From contig JAEOSZ010000031.1 of the NCBI GenBank assembly GCA_016840095.1, positions 1 through 64,000 of the forward strand: 64,000 bases of DNA, written 5' to 3'. This document shows positions 51,156 through 60,744 of this stretch, piece by piece. Position 1 is the stretch's first letter; each line of letters opens with the position of its first letter. A program made the translations under genes and the position numbers. This DNA comes from Candidatus Heimdallarchaeota archaeon. GTDB taxonomy: Archaea > Asgardarchaeota > Heimdallarchaeia > Heimdallarchaeales > Heimdallarchaeaceae. A model generated the notes under the pieces. That model was not told the origin of the DNA, searched no databases, and saw nothing but the letters and a program-made list of their open reading frames with translations.

Positions 51156-51845
51156 ATGGTTACGGGTAGCATGACTGAGGATAAATCAGAAGCAAAAGAT
51201 TTGAATATTATTAAACTGAAGAAAGGGGAGACTGTAAATATCAGTAAAGCTTTAGGTTCAAATAAAAGGCTTGCTATTCTAAGAATCCTTTCTGAAAGTG
51301 AATTCAATTTATCTGAAATTGCACAAAAAATTGATAGTACTCCTCAAGCTGTATACCACCATTTGCAGATACTTGAGAAATCAAAACTAATCTATGTAGT
51401 TAGAGAAGAGAGCATCAAAAATATGGCTAAGACTATCAAGTATTACCGCGCAAGTTACCAACCTGATTCAATTAATCTTCTTCTTTGGGCTCCTCTTGAT
51501 GAATTAGAAACTACAGAACTTGAAGAAAGAGTGCCAATACCAGAAAGACCTGTTCAACGTATTGTTAGAAAGATGGCAGATAAGGTTTTCAAAGATGTAA
51601 ATGATTTCAAGATTGAACTACTTACAACTGTAGTTAAAGATATGATTGATTTGACCCATCACTCAATGAACACTTTAAAAGATGACTATGGATTAGAAGT
51701 AGATGAAAAACTTTGGAATTTAATGTTACTATTTTCAAATCTTTCAGTTCTAAATTCCGCAAAGAAAATGGCAGAAGATGGAGAATACAGAAGTAAAGTT
51801 AACGATTTACTATCTCTATTATATGAGGAAATAGAAGATATGTAA
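51156..51845 (+). CDS. ArsR-family winged-helix regulator
   Basis: KALGSNKRLAIL...LSEIA...VYHHLQILEKSKLI...KYY. Confidence 0.88.
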   Translation: MVTGSMTEDKSEAKDLNIIKLKKGETVNISKALGSNKRLAILRILSESEFNLSEIAQKIDSTPQAVYHHLQILEKSKLIYVVREESIKNMAKTIKYYRASYQPDSINLLLWAPLDELETTELEERVPIPERPVQRIVRKMADKVFKDVNDFKIELLTTVVKDMIDLTHHSMNTLKDDYGLEVDEKLWNLMLLFSNLSVLNSAKKMAEDGEYRSKVNDLLSLLYEEIEDM

Positions 51846-51853
51846 AAAATTTA

Positions 51854-54484
51854 TTACTCTTGTTTTTCGTCTTTATTCTTGTTATTTGTCAAAGATAATG
51901 AGAAATCTAAGGTTTTTTGACTAGATGTTTGAATATCTTTGAGTTCTACCTTGACTCCTATTCGTTTCACATCTCTTATTGCTTCTTCCAAATAATGTTC
52001 TCTGTCAATTTTTTGAACATCAACAATTGAAGGATGTTTAGCTCTTTTGTATAATGATGAACTTCCTTCTAAAATTATGAATGGAAATCGTTCATACTCT
52101 TTCCAAATCTCGTTTAAGTTTAGATCCATTCTCATAGAATAATCTTCAAGCGCCCCTATTGCAGGAGTTTTTGACTTGTAATCTTTTGGATTCCTTCTGA
52201 CTGGACCAAGAATAGTTGTTTTCTGAATAAGTTCTTCTCCAGAAATTTTTTTGAATTCAAGACAGAGCTCTATAACTTTCTTTCTAGCTTTTTCAAGATC
52301 TCCATCTTCAAGAACACAATGTAATGCAGCTGTTTGAACTTCTTTCGCAAAAGGTGAAGTGTCACTCCTAATTGCCTCAAAACCAACTATTGAAAGGTCA
52401 TTTGTGACAACACTGATGTAACTATACCGTTTCTTAGTTTCAGGAGCAAAAACAATTCTTAATGCTAAATCTACAAATTCTAGTTCCATTTCTTTTGGTA
52501 GTTTAGATTCATAAAACTCAAGTAATTCTTGGACTTCTGGAACTTCGGATAATGAGAACGTTTGTCCTTCCTTTATTTTTTCAAATAATTCAAACACAGA
52601 GTTTTTATCAGAAAGTTTGACGAAAATACTATCAGTATCTCCATATATCACCTGACATTTGTTCTCAGATATTTCTTGAGTCCATTTATCAATTTTCTTG
52701 ATATAATCCTTTGCTATACTTGTGATGGCATTTGAAATTTCAGTATTGTAAAAACGGCTTCCAACATAGTTGTGACTGCCATAAAGGGAATTAGCTGTTA
52801 CTTTTAATGCACTGGATTTTATTTTAAATTTATGAAGGTCTTTCTTGAGTTCACTTATCGTCTTTTGATCTGTATCTGTCCTTAAATAAGTTTCAAGGTC
52901 AGAAATCTTCTTTTTAACTTCCTTTCTCTCATCTAGAAGACCTTTCATCATGATTCTGAGGCCACTGTCAGGTTCATTAAGGAATTTTTTCTCAGGTAAT
53001 GCCATAGACCCATCATAACTTTCACCTCCAATGTTGAAAGCTACCATAATAGAAGGGAACATAGATCTAAAATCAGCTATTAAAACAGCTTCATGGAGAG
53101 TTCCTTTAGGAACCAGAACAAATCCACCAATCGCAAGAGATCGAGTGCTTTTTCTATAGGCTAACTCTTCTCTAGATGGCTCTGGTGGAACTAATGTATC
53201 TTTGTCTTTTAAAACTCTAAAGAGCTGAAATTCTCCAATGTGTCTTGGTGTCGAATAAATACCTTCTGATGGACGAATTCCTACAAATTTAATTACTTCA
53301 ACCCATTCTTCCATTCCCATTTCAAAGAATAAATTATAGATTATCTTAGCATCCAGAGAACAAGCTGTTGTGAGTTTTTTCTTGTGATTTTTCTCATTAT
53401 GTTTGTATGTTTTATTCCATAATTGATTGATTGACCCATAATCATCTTTTCTCTCAATTTTGAGAAGTTCTTTAGAGAACTCGGTTAGATTTTTCTTTCC
53501 AGATTTAGTTCTTAACCATCGAGTGCTTTTAACAAGATCATATGTTATGTAACCTGGAATTCTAAAACCAAGATATCCAATAGGAGGTTTTATTCTAGCA
53601 TCTTGAAATGGTCCTAGTTTTTCAGGATCTAGACCTAGATTTTCCATCCGAGCAAAAAGATAGGGGAGTGTAACCAGATTTCCGTTAAAGGTAACTAGAA
53701 TGTCAGGAGAGACAGAATGAATTTGAGCAATTAAATCTTTGATTAATGTTCTCTCACTATCATTATCTTCTTTCTCAAGAAAGAAGTTTCTTGTTTCCAA
53801 ATCACTTCCATCTTTGCTCCAGCATACTGATGCAGTAACAATTCTTTGTGTCTTATCTTCTAGAATGCTCGAGAAATTCTTAATTTTCTTACCTTCATCA
53901 GTAAGAGAGTTTATAACTAGATTTAAGCTGAGTATGGTAAATTGAAATGAATTTTTCTTTTCTATGTTTTTGATATCGTGAAAATCAACTTCAATTACTT
54001 TTCCAAACTCGTGAGATTCTTTTTCTTCATAGTTTGCTATTTCAATCCAATTTAAACATCTTAAATTATTATCTATCAGAAAACGAGAGACATAAGAAAT
54101 ATCATTTTCATAACTTTGTATGCCTTTTTCTTTCAGATTATTACTATATTTCTGAATACGCCAGGGATTTCTCCCAAGTATTTTGTAGAGAAAAATTGGT
54201 TTGTTCTGATAATATCTGTATTTAGTTACTTGATAATGATCTTTTATCCAATCTCCAAACTCTTTGTCTGTATAAAGAAGGCTTTGAATAGCGTTAGTAG
54301 TCTCCGCAAGGTCGTCAATATAGAAATAGGGATAAAATCCAGTTACATGAATAATTAGTGTTTGATTTTCAGAAGTCTTTCCTCTAATTCGAATTACTGG
54401 TTCCTCAACTTCATTCTTCTTTTCTCGTATGAAAAAATCTAAATCAATCAATACGCATTCTAATGGAGTGGGAGTGTCATTCAT
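51854..54484 (-). CDS. polB: B-family DNA polymerase with degenerate 3'-5' exonuclease
   Basis: DFRSMFPS, KVTANSLYG, YGDTDS and KKRY intact; ExoI and ExoII carboxylates absent. Confidence 0.93.
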   Translation of the reverse strand: MNDTPTPLECVLIDLDFFIREKKNEVEEPVIRIRGKTSENQTLIIHVTGFYPYFYIDDLAETTNAIQSLLYTDKEFGDWIKDHYQVTKYRYYQNKPIFLYKILGRNPWRIQKYSNNLKEKGIQSYENDISYVSRFLIDNNLRCLNWIEIANYEEKESHEFGKVIEVDFHDIKNIEKKNSFQFTILSLNLVINSLTDEGKKIKNFSSILEDKTQRIVTASVCWSKDGSDLETRNFFLEKEDNDSERTLIKDLIAQIHSVSPDILVTFNGNLVTLPYLFARMENLGLDPEKLGPFQDARIKPPIGYLGFRIPGYITYDLVKSTRWLRTKSGKKNLTEFSKELLKIERKDDYGSINQLWNKTYKHNEKNHKKKLTTACSLDAKIIYNLFFEMGMEEWVEVIKFVGIRPSEGIYSTPRHIGEFQLFRVLKDKDTLVPPEPSREELAYRKSTRSLAIGGFVLVPKGTLHEAVLIADFRSMFPSIMVAFNIGGESYDGSMALPEKKFLNEPDSGLRIMMKGLLDERKEVKKKISDLETYLRTDTDQKTISELKKDLHKFKIKSSALKVTANSLYGSHNYVGSRFYNTEISNAITSIAKDYIKKIDKWTQEISENKCQVIYGDTDSIFVKLSDKNSVFELFEKIKEGQTFSLSEVPEVQELLEFYESKLPKEMELEFVDLALRIVFAPETKKRYSYISVVTNDLSIVGFEAIRSDTSPFAKEVQTAALHCVLEDGDLEKARKKVIELCLEFKKISGEELIQKTTILGPVRRNPKDYKSKTPAIGALEDYSMRMDLNLNEIWKEYERFPFIILEGSSSLYKRAKHPSIVDVQKIDREHYLEEAIRDVKRIGVKVELKDIQTSSQKTLDFSLSLTNNKNKDEKQE

Positions 54485-54521
54485 CTCTCAAACACTTTCA
54501 CGAACTGTATATAGTACCTCT

Positions 54522-54608
54522 TTCCACCCGTATTATTTAAACCCTTTTTAAATACTGGGGGGAATTTTAGTGACTATTTAGAAAAACAACAAGATTTCAG
54601 TATTTAAA
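54522..54608. promoter_or_regulatory. divergent promoter region with inverted repeats upstream of polB
   Basis: TTCCACCCGTATT / AATACTGGGGGGAA imperfect IR around TTTAAA; perfect 11-bp IR TTTAAATACTG (54547-57) / CAGTATTTAAA (54598-608). Confidence 0.45.
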
Positions 54609-54666
54609 CAGCCTTTCTATACGTTAAATTTTTAATCTATAAGATACAGTTTTATTATGTTGTTAT

Positions 54667-55044
54667 ATGTCTTCTAGAAGAATACCTCCAGATGTATATA
54701 AAAATAAGAAGAAATTAGAGCTATCAGCTGAAACTAAAAGTGGAACAATTGAAGAAACAATTACACTTACAAAACCATCAGATGATGATGATCCTAGACC
54801 ACATTATTGGTTTGTTCTGATGCTGTCTTTCGGGCAAAGATCAGGTTATGTGTATGATAGAAGCGGATTACATATCCCTGAACCAGATGCCTATGTATAT
54901 AGTGTTGAACTTTGGAAATTCAAGGGATCATTACTAAAGGGTGTGGAAACTGTTTCAAATAAAGTTGATTTTGATACTGCAGTTAAGACCTTTCAGAGTC
55001 TACAAGACGATTTAGTAAAACAAACATTCAAAATAATTAATTGA
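54667..55044 (+). CDS. hypothetical protein (possibly WGR-like fold)
   Basis: Beta-rich region followed by DTAVKTFQSLQDDLVKQTF helix; weak resemblance only. Confidence 0.5.
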   Translation: MSSRRIPPDVYKNKKKLELSAETKSGTIEETITLTKPSDDDDPRPHYWFVLMLSFGQRSGYVYDRSGLHIPEPDAYVYSVELWKFKGSLLKGVETVSNKVDFDTAVKTFQSLQDDLVKQTFKIIN

Positions 55045-55049
55045 GCTAT

Positions 55050-55613
55050 TTAAATAAAACTCGCAAGAATTGTAGCTGCTGCGGGAATTAAAAAACTTAA
55101 TGTAATAAAGAGTATTTTTTTAGGCTGGTAGAACGGTTTCTTAAGATCAGCAAGTCTTGCTTCATCTTTCTTCATTGTAAAGATATTGAAGTAGAGTAAT
55201 GCAGCAAACATAACCAAAACAACTACAGTTACTATCAAAATCTTCCAAAAAGCTAATGATTTTTCAAAATAGACAATGGCAAAACCATAGACTGGAAGAA
55301 AACCTATATAAAAATACATAATTTGTAAAGCAAATTGTGCTGAAATAGTTTTTGTAGGTTCAAGTTTGACCATGAACATTGATATTTTGGCCGATAGAGA
55401 AACAGCTGCTATCACGAATACAGTTGATAATACAAGTAGTATTATTCCTAGAGCTCCCAGTCCTACATGTAAGATATGTTTTGCGAAACTATTTAGTATC
55501 AATGCTTGACTTCCCCCAAGAAAGCCAGCAAAAAAAATCGCACCTAATGGATTTAGAGTTTTTGGTTTCTTTACAACAGGTTTGGATAGTAGATCCTTTT
55601 CAGATAATGCCAC
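55050..55613 (-). CDS. hypothetical membrane protein (about 5 TM)
   Basis: Multiple hydrophobic segments; abuts the NUDIX gene. Confidence 0.7.
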   Translation of the reverse strand: MALSEKDLLSKPVVKKPKTLNPLGAIFFAGFLGGSQALILNSFAKHILHVGLGALGIILLVLSTVFVIAAVSLSAKISMFMVKLEPTKTISAQFALQIMYFYIGFLPVYGFAIVYFEKSLAFWKILIVTVVVLVMFAALLYFNIFTMKKDEARLADLKKPFYQPKKILFITLSFLIPAAATILASFI

Positions 55614-56063
55614 TTAGTTCCCCTCTAGAGGTTCTTTTGCGAGTTCATTCTCACGTAAATACCTTTCTGCTGCTCTTATAACTTTTCTTGTGTTTTCAAA
55701 AGTTAATGTCTTTAATGCATCTTCATATGTACACCATAAGTAACCTACATGTTCTTTGGAGATGTGTACTTCAGTTACTGCCGATATTCCTATCAGATAA
55801 ACAACAGTCTTCTTAATTTTCTGGGAACCTCTTTTGAAGTAATATGTAATCTTATGTTGAAATTCTTCTAAAATAGAAATGTCTTTGATTCCTGTTTCCT
55901 CGTATGCTTCTCTTAATGCGGCTTGCATTATTGTTTCATTATTTTCAATTCTACCCTTTGTCAGTCCATACCTGTTTTCAGTGATTCTGCTTCGTCCATA
56001 GTTAAGCAGCAAATATCGGCCAGAATTATATATCACAATACCTGCAGAAGTTTCAAGTTGCAT
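55614..56063 (-). CDS. NUDIX hydrolase, Ap4A-hydrolase-like
   Basis: SAG, KGRIENNETIMQAALREAYEETG Nudix box, SKEH. Confidence 0.88.
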   Translation of the reverse strand: MQLETSAGIVIYNSGRYLLLNYGRSRITENRYGLTKGRIENNETIMQAALREAYEETGIKDISILEEFQHKITYYFKRGSQKIKKTVVYLIGISAVTEVHISKEHVGYLWCTYEDALKTLTFENTRKVIRAAERYLRENELAKEPLEGN

Positions 56064-56168
56064 ACAATCATCGACGTTTTTATTAAAGATTTACAATATT
56101 ATTATTAAGCTTATTGTATTCGTCCAACAAGGGATAATTTTATCAAGAATCAATTAGATAAGGAATCA

Positions 56169-57014
56169 ATGATACATCTCGTGGCCTTCATGGATATAGA
56201 GACAGGTTTAGGAAGAACTATCTATCAGGATAACACACTCAAAGTAAGCGAAATACTCATCTGGCCTATGATAAGCGCTCTGAATAACTTTGTTATTGAG
56301 TGTACAGCTAGTGAAAGAGGATTAGTAAATGCTGCTCTTGAAGACATCAAAATCTATTTGTACTCACCTTTAGGAGAATCTAATCCACTTAGAGTTGTCT
56401 TTTTCACTGATCTTTTTGATAATAACGAGTATTTAGAGAAAAAAGGACAAGCAATCTTTAGTGTTCTCTCACAGCATATCAGTTTTGAGACTTTTGAACC
56501 ACCTATCGATATGCTTGGTAAAGCAGTTGAAATAGCGAAGTATACTCAGATTTTTCCATCAGATTCTCTTGATTCCAATTTTCTTGACATCTTGAGAAAG
56601 AAATTGATTAACTTAGAAAGATCAGGTAGTATTTACGTTGCAGATTTATTTATTGGAGATATAGATCAAGGGAAGGTCTTCACTTTTCTAGAAAGTGCTG
56701 AACTACAGGAAAAAGACAGTGTGTTGCTATTCTCTGAATTACTAACTGCTTTTTCTATTGATAGCGAAATATTTGTCAAATCCTCATTATCTGAAAAAGA
56801 AATGGCTAGTTTGAAAAAACTTGAAATTCAAACTGAGAATCTGATTGAAGGATGGTTTTTAAAGCAATTATCTGACGTTGAAAGCGATTTTTGGTTAGTA
56901 GGGTATTTCTATTTTACTAAGCAAAAGGAAGAAGAAATTGTTCAGTATCTTAATTGGGCAGCAGAAGGAATTAAGGCACGCTTAGGTGATTTCAATCAGG
57001 GAAGACCTTTTTGA
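56169..57014 (+). CDS. putative tandem longin-like domain protein
   Basis: Two repeats of beta-beta-G-(helix LIxxMISAL / LFSELLTAF)-beta3 topology; pattern recognition only. Confidence 0.5.
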   Translation: MIHLVAFMDIETGLGRTIYQDNTLKVSEILIWPMISALNNFVIECTASERGLVNAALEDIKIYLYSPLGESNPLRVVFFTDLFDNNEYLEKKGQAIFSVLSQHISFETFEPPIDMLGKAVEIAKYTQIFPSDSLDSNFLDILRKKLINLERSGSIYVADLFIGDIDQGKVFTFLESAELQEKDSVLLFSELLTAFSIDSEIFVKSSLSEKEMASLKKLEIQTENLIEGWFLKQLSDVESDFWLVGYFYFTKQKEEEIVQYLNWAAEGIKARLGDFNQGRPF

Positions 57015-57023
57015 TTGTTTCAA

Positions 57024-58532
57024 TCACTCTGCTTCTTCATTTACATCTTCTTCCTCTTCTTTCTGAACAGGAAACTTCCAAGCCATAAGAAGATTAAATG
57101 GAAAGAGGATCATACTGATTACAAAAACGGTTAAGAAATTAACTCGAGAGATGATAAGTCCAGCAAGGAAGGAAGTTGGAAACCAACCTACTTGATGCAA
57201 TCCTTGAACCATACCATAAGTTTCAGCTCTTCTTTTCTTATCAAAGTTTGTTAGTATAGACATTATTCCAGGCATCCAGAAAGCAACACTTGCACCTAAC
57301 CCTATCCAACCTATCATGATGATGTATAATCTGAATTGTGGAAGTGTAAAATAAGCAATTATATTTGCAGTAAAAAATAAACCTCCTGTAAGTTGGCTTA
57401 GTAGAAGAAGTTCACTTTTCTTCAATTTATCAGATATTTTAGTTACTGGAATGAAGAATAATAATGTACTTACATTGAAAATTAGTTGAAGTATCGCAAT
57501 GTTACCCTCATTGAAGTTATATTGAGTTACTAAACTTCCCCAAAAGATGCTTAAGCTTAACCCCCATGTTAATGCATCAAGTATAAAGAATACTATAGCA
57601 TAGGGAACTCCAGGATTCCGGAATATCTCTTTGAATAAATTGAGATTTGTTTCAATTTCATTATAATAGTTGTTTTTTTCAGATTGTTGTCTTCTTCTTA
57701 TGAAGTAATAGGGAATTGAAAGATAAAGAAGAATTGACTTAAACATCTGTAGGAACATCTGATATATAGCTTTGAGCGATTGAGTAAATTGTTTAAGGAA
57801 ACTAGAAGAAAAATCCTTGACTACATGTGATTCTTTCAATGCGAATAACTGATATAAAAACATGAAAATTCTAAGAGCAGCTAGGATGTAGAAATATACC
57901 CATAACTCTATTTTATCTGTTAATACTCGAATGACTAATGGACCTATTAAACCTGTAGCATAAAATGCTAAGCTAATTATACTAAAAGATGAAGCTGTTT
58001 TCTTTTTTTCTGCGCTTTCAGCTACTAATGCACTATTTGCAGGATCACCAAAACCAAAGGCAAGAGACGTACATGACAAACCAAGGAAAGCAACAGCTAA
58101 AGCATAGGTGATTGGAAAACTACTCGCTACGCCTTCAGATAGTGATACTAACTCTAAAGGAAATTTAGCTCCAAAAGAATAATACTGAAGAGGAAAAACA
58201 ACAGAAAGGAGTCCAGATGTTCCCAATAACACCATTGATATTGGTAGGAATATGAAACTACCTAGCATAACTCGTTTTCTACCTATTCTATCACTTATTT
58301 TTGAAGCAAAAATCATTGGTATGATTTGAACAACAGAAGCAACTGTCATGATCATTCCTAAAGTTTCTTCTGGCTTGACATGTTTTCCAGTTAATTCTAT
58401 TAATTCAACTAAGAATGGTTGGATGATTACATTATAAAACCCATAAATCAAGCCAGAAAAGAGGTTAGCTATTGCTAGAACACGTATGTTTACCTTTCTT
58501 GAAGGATGAAGCTTAACCTCATGAAATGCCAT
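57024..58532 (-). CDS. MFS transporter
   Basis: SDRIGRK motif A; two 6-TM halves with a long central loop. Confidence 0.88.
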   Translation of the reverse strand: MAFHEVKLHPSRKVNIRVLAIANLFSGLIYGFYNVIIQPFLVELIELTGKHVKPEETLGMIMTVASVVQIIPMIFASKISDRIGRKRVMLGSFIFLPISMVLLGTSGLLSVVFPLQYYSFGAKFPLELVSLSEGVASSFPITYALAVAFLGLSCTSLAFGFGDPANSALVAESAEKKKTASSFSIISLAFYATGLIGPLVIRVLTDKIELWVYFYILAALRIFMFLYQLFALKESHVVKDFSSSFLKQFTQSLKAIYQMFLQMFKSILLYLSIPYYFIRRRQQSEKNNYYNEIETNLNLFKEIFRNPGVPYAIVFFILDALTWGLSLSIFWGSLVTQYNFNEGNIAILQLIFNVSTLLFFIPVTKISDKLKKSELLLLSQLTGGLFFTANIIAYFTLPQFRLYIIMIGWIGLGASVAFWMPGIMSILTNFDKKRRAETYGMVQGLHQVGWFPTSFLAGLIISRVNFLTVFVISMILFPFNLLMAWKFPVQKEEEEDVNEEAE

Positions 58533-58629
58533 ATTTCTTGAGTAGATGAAGCAATTAAAAATTAATTGGTGTAATCCAGTTTTTTGTCCAAAGGATATAT
58601 TTTATATACACTTTAAGTGTGAGAAGCTT

Positions 58630-60012
58630 ATGACAGAATATTTGGATACACCAATATCTTGGGGTTCAGAGATATTGAATCACTTTGTACCAATTGAGTA
58701 CAAAGATCAAACAAAATTCTTACATCCTCCTGAATTTTCCAAGCAACCAATGTTCGAGGGAACAGTCAAGGAAGCTTTAATGAGAAAGCTAGATGACCCA
58801 ATTGGTTATAATCTCACTTTTGATGAATTAGTCAAAGAAAAATACGAAAGCGGAAAACCAATCGTATTCGTTATTGATGATTACACTAGGCCTAATATTC
58901 ATACAAAGATTATCCTGCCAATGATGATTGAAAAGATTTTATCATTAGACGTTGCAGAAGATGATTTTAGAATTCTAATCGCAACTGGAACACATAGACA
59001 ACCTAAGGAAGAAGAATATCCAAAAATGGTTGGAGATCAAGTCTATGAAAAATACAGATCACAGATTGTATCACATGATTGTGATGTAGAAGGTGTTTAC
59101 GTTGGTGAAAGTGATGCAGGAACTCCTATGGAATTTGATAAATTGGCTTTTGAAGCATCAATTCTAGTTCCTATTACTGATAGTGAACTTCATTACTTCG
59201 CTGGTGTTGCTGGAACAATCAAAGAGATGTGTCCAGGAATTGCTAGTAGAAAAACAGTTCGACAAAATCATCCAAAAATGTTTAACAGAGAATTAGGATT
59301 TGATCCTGGCTGTAAATTGGGTGGAACAAAAGAAAACCCAGTAATTACAGATATTAAAAATATGGTAAATATACTAAAAACTAAAGTTTCAATTTTTGGA
59401 ATAGATACAATTGTTACTGAAGGAGAAATAGTCCATATTAGCACTGGTGATTTAGTAGAATTACATGATGAAGCAAAGAGACATATTGTTGAAATGAGAA
59501 CAGTAAGGCTTCCTAAGGCTGCAGGAATTGTAGTTAGTGGAATGCAAAGCTGGGGTATCAATCTATACCAAGCTGGTAAAGGCATTCACGCTGCTTGGAA
59601 TGCAACTAAACAAGACGGGAAAGGTATAATTATTGCAGTTGCACCACTTCCAGATGGTGTTGGCAATGCTAATTATGAACAAGTTATGAAAGAAACTGGT
59701 GACATGCCTCTTCAAGAAGGACTTGAATACATCCTTGATAATTACTGTACTACTGAGACTTTCAAAATTGGAAATCAGAAGCCTGTAGATACAATGAGAA
59801 TTGTTAAAACTATTGGTAAAGGAAATCTGAAGATGATTTCTGACTGGGATGCTGAACAATTAACAAAATATTACAGAGTTACACCAATAAAACAACCTGA
59901 TGAATCTCCTGTAGACGCACTTCGAAAAGAAATCAAATCATATATGGCAGATAATCCAGATGAACTAATTTACATAATGGATGATCCTGGCTTATACGTA
60001 ATAATTGAATAG
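58630..60012 (+). CDS. larA: LarA-superfamily nickel-pincer racemase/epimerase
   Basis: DDYTRP, ATGTHR, HDC, HYFAG..GTIK, NH, NLYQAGKG; ATG 58630 preferred. Confidence 0.88.
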   Translation: MTEYLDTPISWGSEILNHFVPIEYKDQTKFLHPPEFSKQPMFEGTVKEALMRKLDDPIGYNLTFDELVKEKYESGKPIVFVIDDYTRPNIHTKIILPMMIEKILSLDVAEDDFRILIATGTHRQPKEEEYPKMVGDQVYEKYRSQIVSHDCDVEGVYVGESDAGTPMEFDKLAFEASILVPITDSELHYFAGVAGTIKEMCPGIASRKTVRQNHPKMFNRELGFDPGCKLGGTKENPVITDIKNMVNILKTKVSIFGIDTIVTEGEIVHISTGDLVELHDEAKRHIVEMRTVRLPKAAGIVVSGMQSWGINLYQAGKGIHAAWNATKQDGKGIIIAVAPLPDGVGNANYEQVMKETGDMPLQEGLEYILDNYCTTETFKIGNQKPVDTMRIVKTIGKGNLKMISDWDAEQLTKYYRVTPIKQPDESPVDALRKEIKSYMADNPDELIYIMDDPGLYVIIE

Positions 60013-60017
60013 ATTTC

Positions 60018-60275
60018 TTACAATTCAAGGGCTTCTTCAGGCCACATTTTTTCTTCTACTTCATTATTACATTTCATACACAGATTCTTCTTTTGAATAA
60101 TCCCATCTTTATCTGTTGTAAAATTTTGAATTAAACCACGATCACAGAGAATGTCTGATTTACAATCAGAACAATAAAAATATCTTCCTTTTTGTTTGGG
60201 TGACCACAAATATTTGCTGCAGGAGGCACATCTATCTCTGAAGTCACACTTTAAGTGCTGAGCAATGATTGTCAT
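60018..60275 (-). CDS. small binuclear Zn-finger protein (FYVE/C1-like spacing)
   Basis: 8 Cys: C10, CxxC16-19, CxxC35-38, C44, CxxC66-69. Confidence 0.65.
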   Translation of the reverse strand: MTIIAQHLKCDFRDRCASCSKYLWSPKQKGRYFYCSDCKSDILCDRGLIQNFTTDKDGIIQKKNLCMKCNNEVEEKMWPEEALEL

Positions 60276-60502
60276 TACTTTTCCTCCTTCTTTAGATACC
60301 AGTCATGGTATGCTCTTTTTCGATCTCGTTCCTTCTTTTCAGTTTCTTCAGTGGATTCTCCAATGACTTTTTTCTGCTCCGCTCGAACTTCAGTTTTAAC
60401 TCTATCGAGCTCTCCTCTCCTGAACGAAAGACCACAATCTAAACAAACCATAAAAGGAGCCTTATATTTCACTTCACCGCCACAATCTGGGCATCTTGCC
60501 AT
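60275..60502 (-). CDS. small Zn-ribbon + charged helix protein
   Basis: CPDCGG...CLDCG; GGTG RBS; TAATG coupling to the next gene. Confidence 0.75.
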   Translation of the reverse strand: MARCPDCGGEVKYKAPFMVCLDCGLSFRRGELDRVKTEVRAEQKKVIGESTEETEKKERDRKRAYHDWYLKKEEK

Positions 60503-60603
60503 AAATACACCTTCTGTTAATGATTAATAAGTGATTGTATTTTAAAAGTTAGTCTATTGTGTCAAATAAGTGATTTTAGGTTAAAGAGAAGTCAAGAAGT
60601 TCT

Positions 60604-60677
60604 TGGTGCACGCACCGGGATTCGAACCCGGGTTGGAGGCGTGGGAGGCCTCAGTCCTACCACTAGACTATGCGTGC
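60604..60677 (-). tRNA. tRNA-Gly (CCC), intronless, CCA encoded
   Basis: GCACGCA/UGCGUGC acceptor stem, GAGGC-CUCCCAC-GCCUC anticodon arm, GGUUCGAAUCC T arm, ACCA end. Confidence 0.98.
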
Positions 60678-60744
60678 TGAGTTATACGAAGGTTAATTTT
60701 CCAATTTTTATCTCTTTCTTTACATTCTAATCATGTCTTTGAAA

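Noticed and set aside
60604-60677. tRNA as an integration site
   Set aside because: No integrase and no duplicated tRNA 3' end seen in the window
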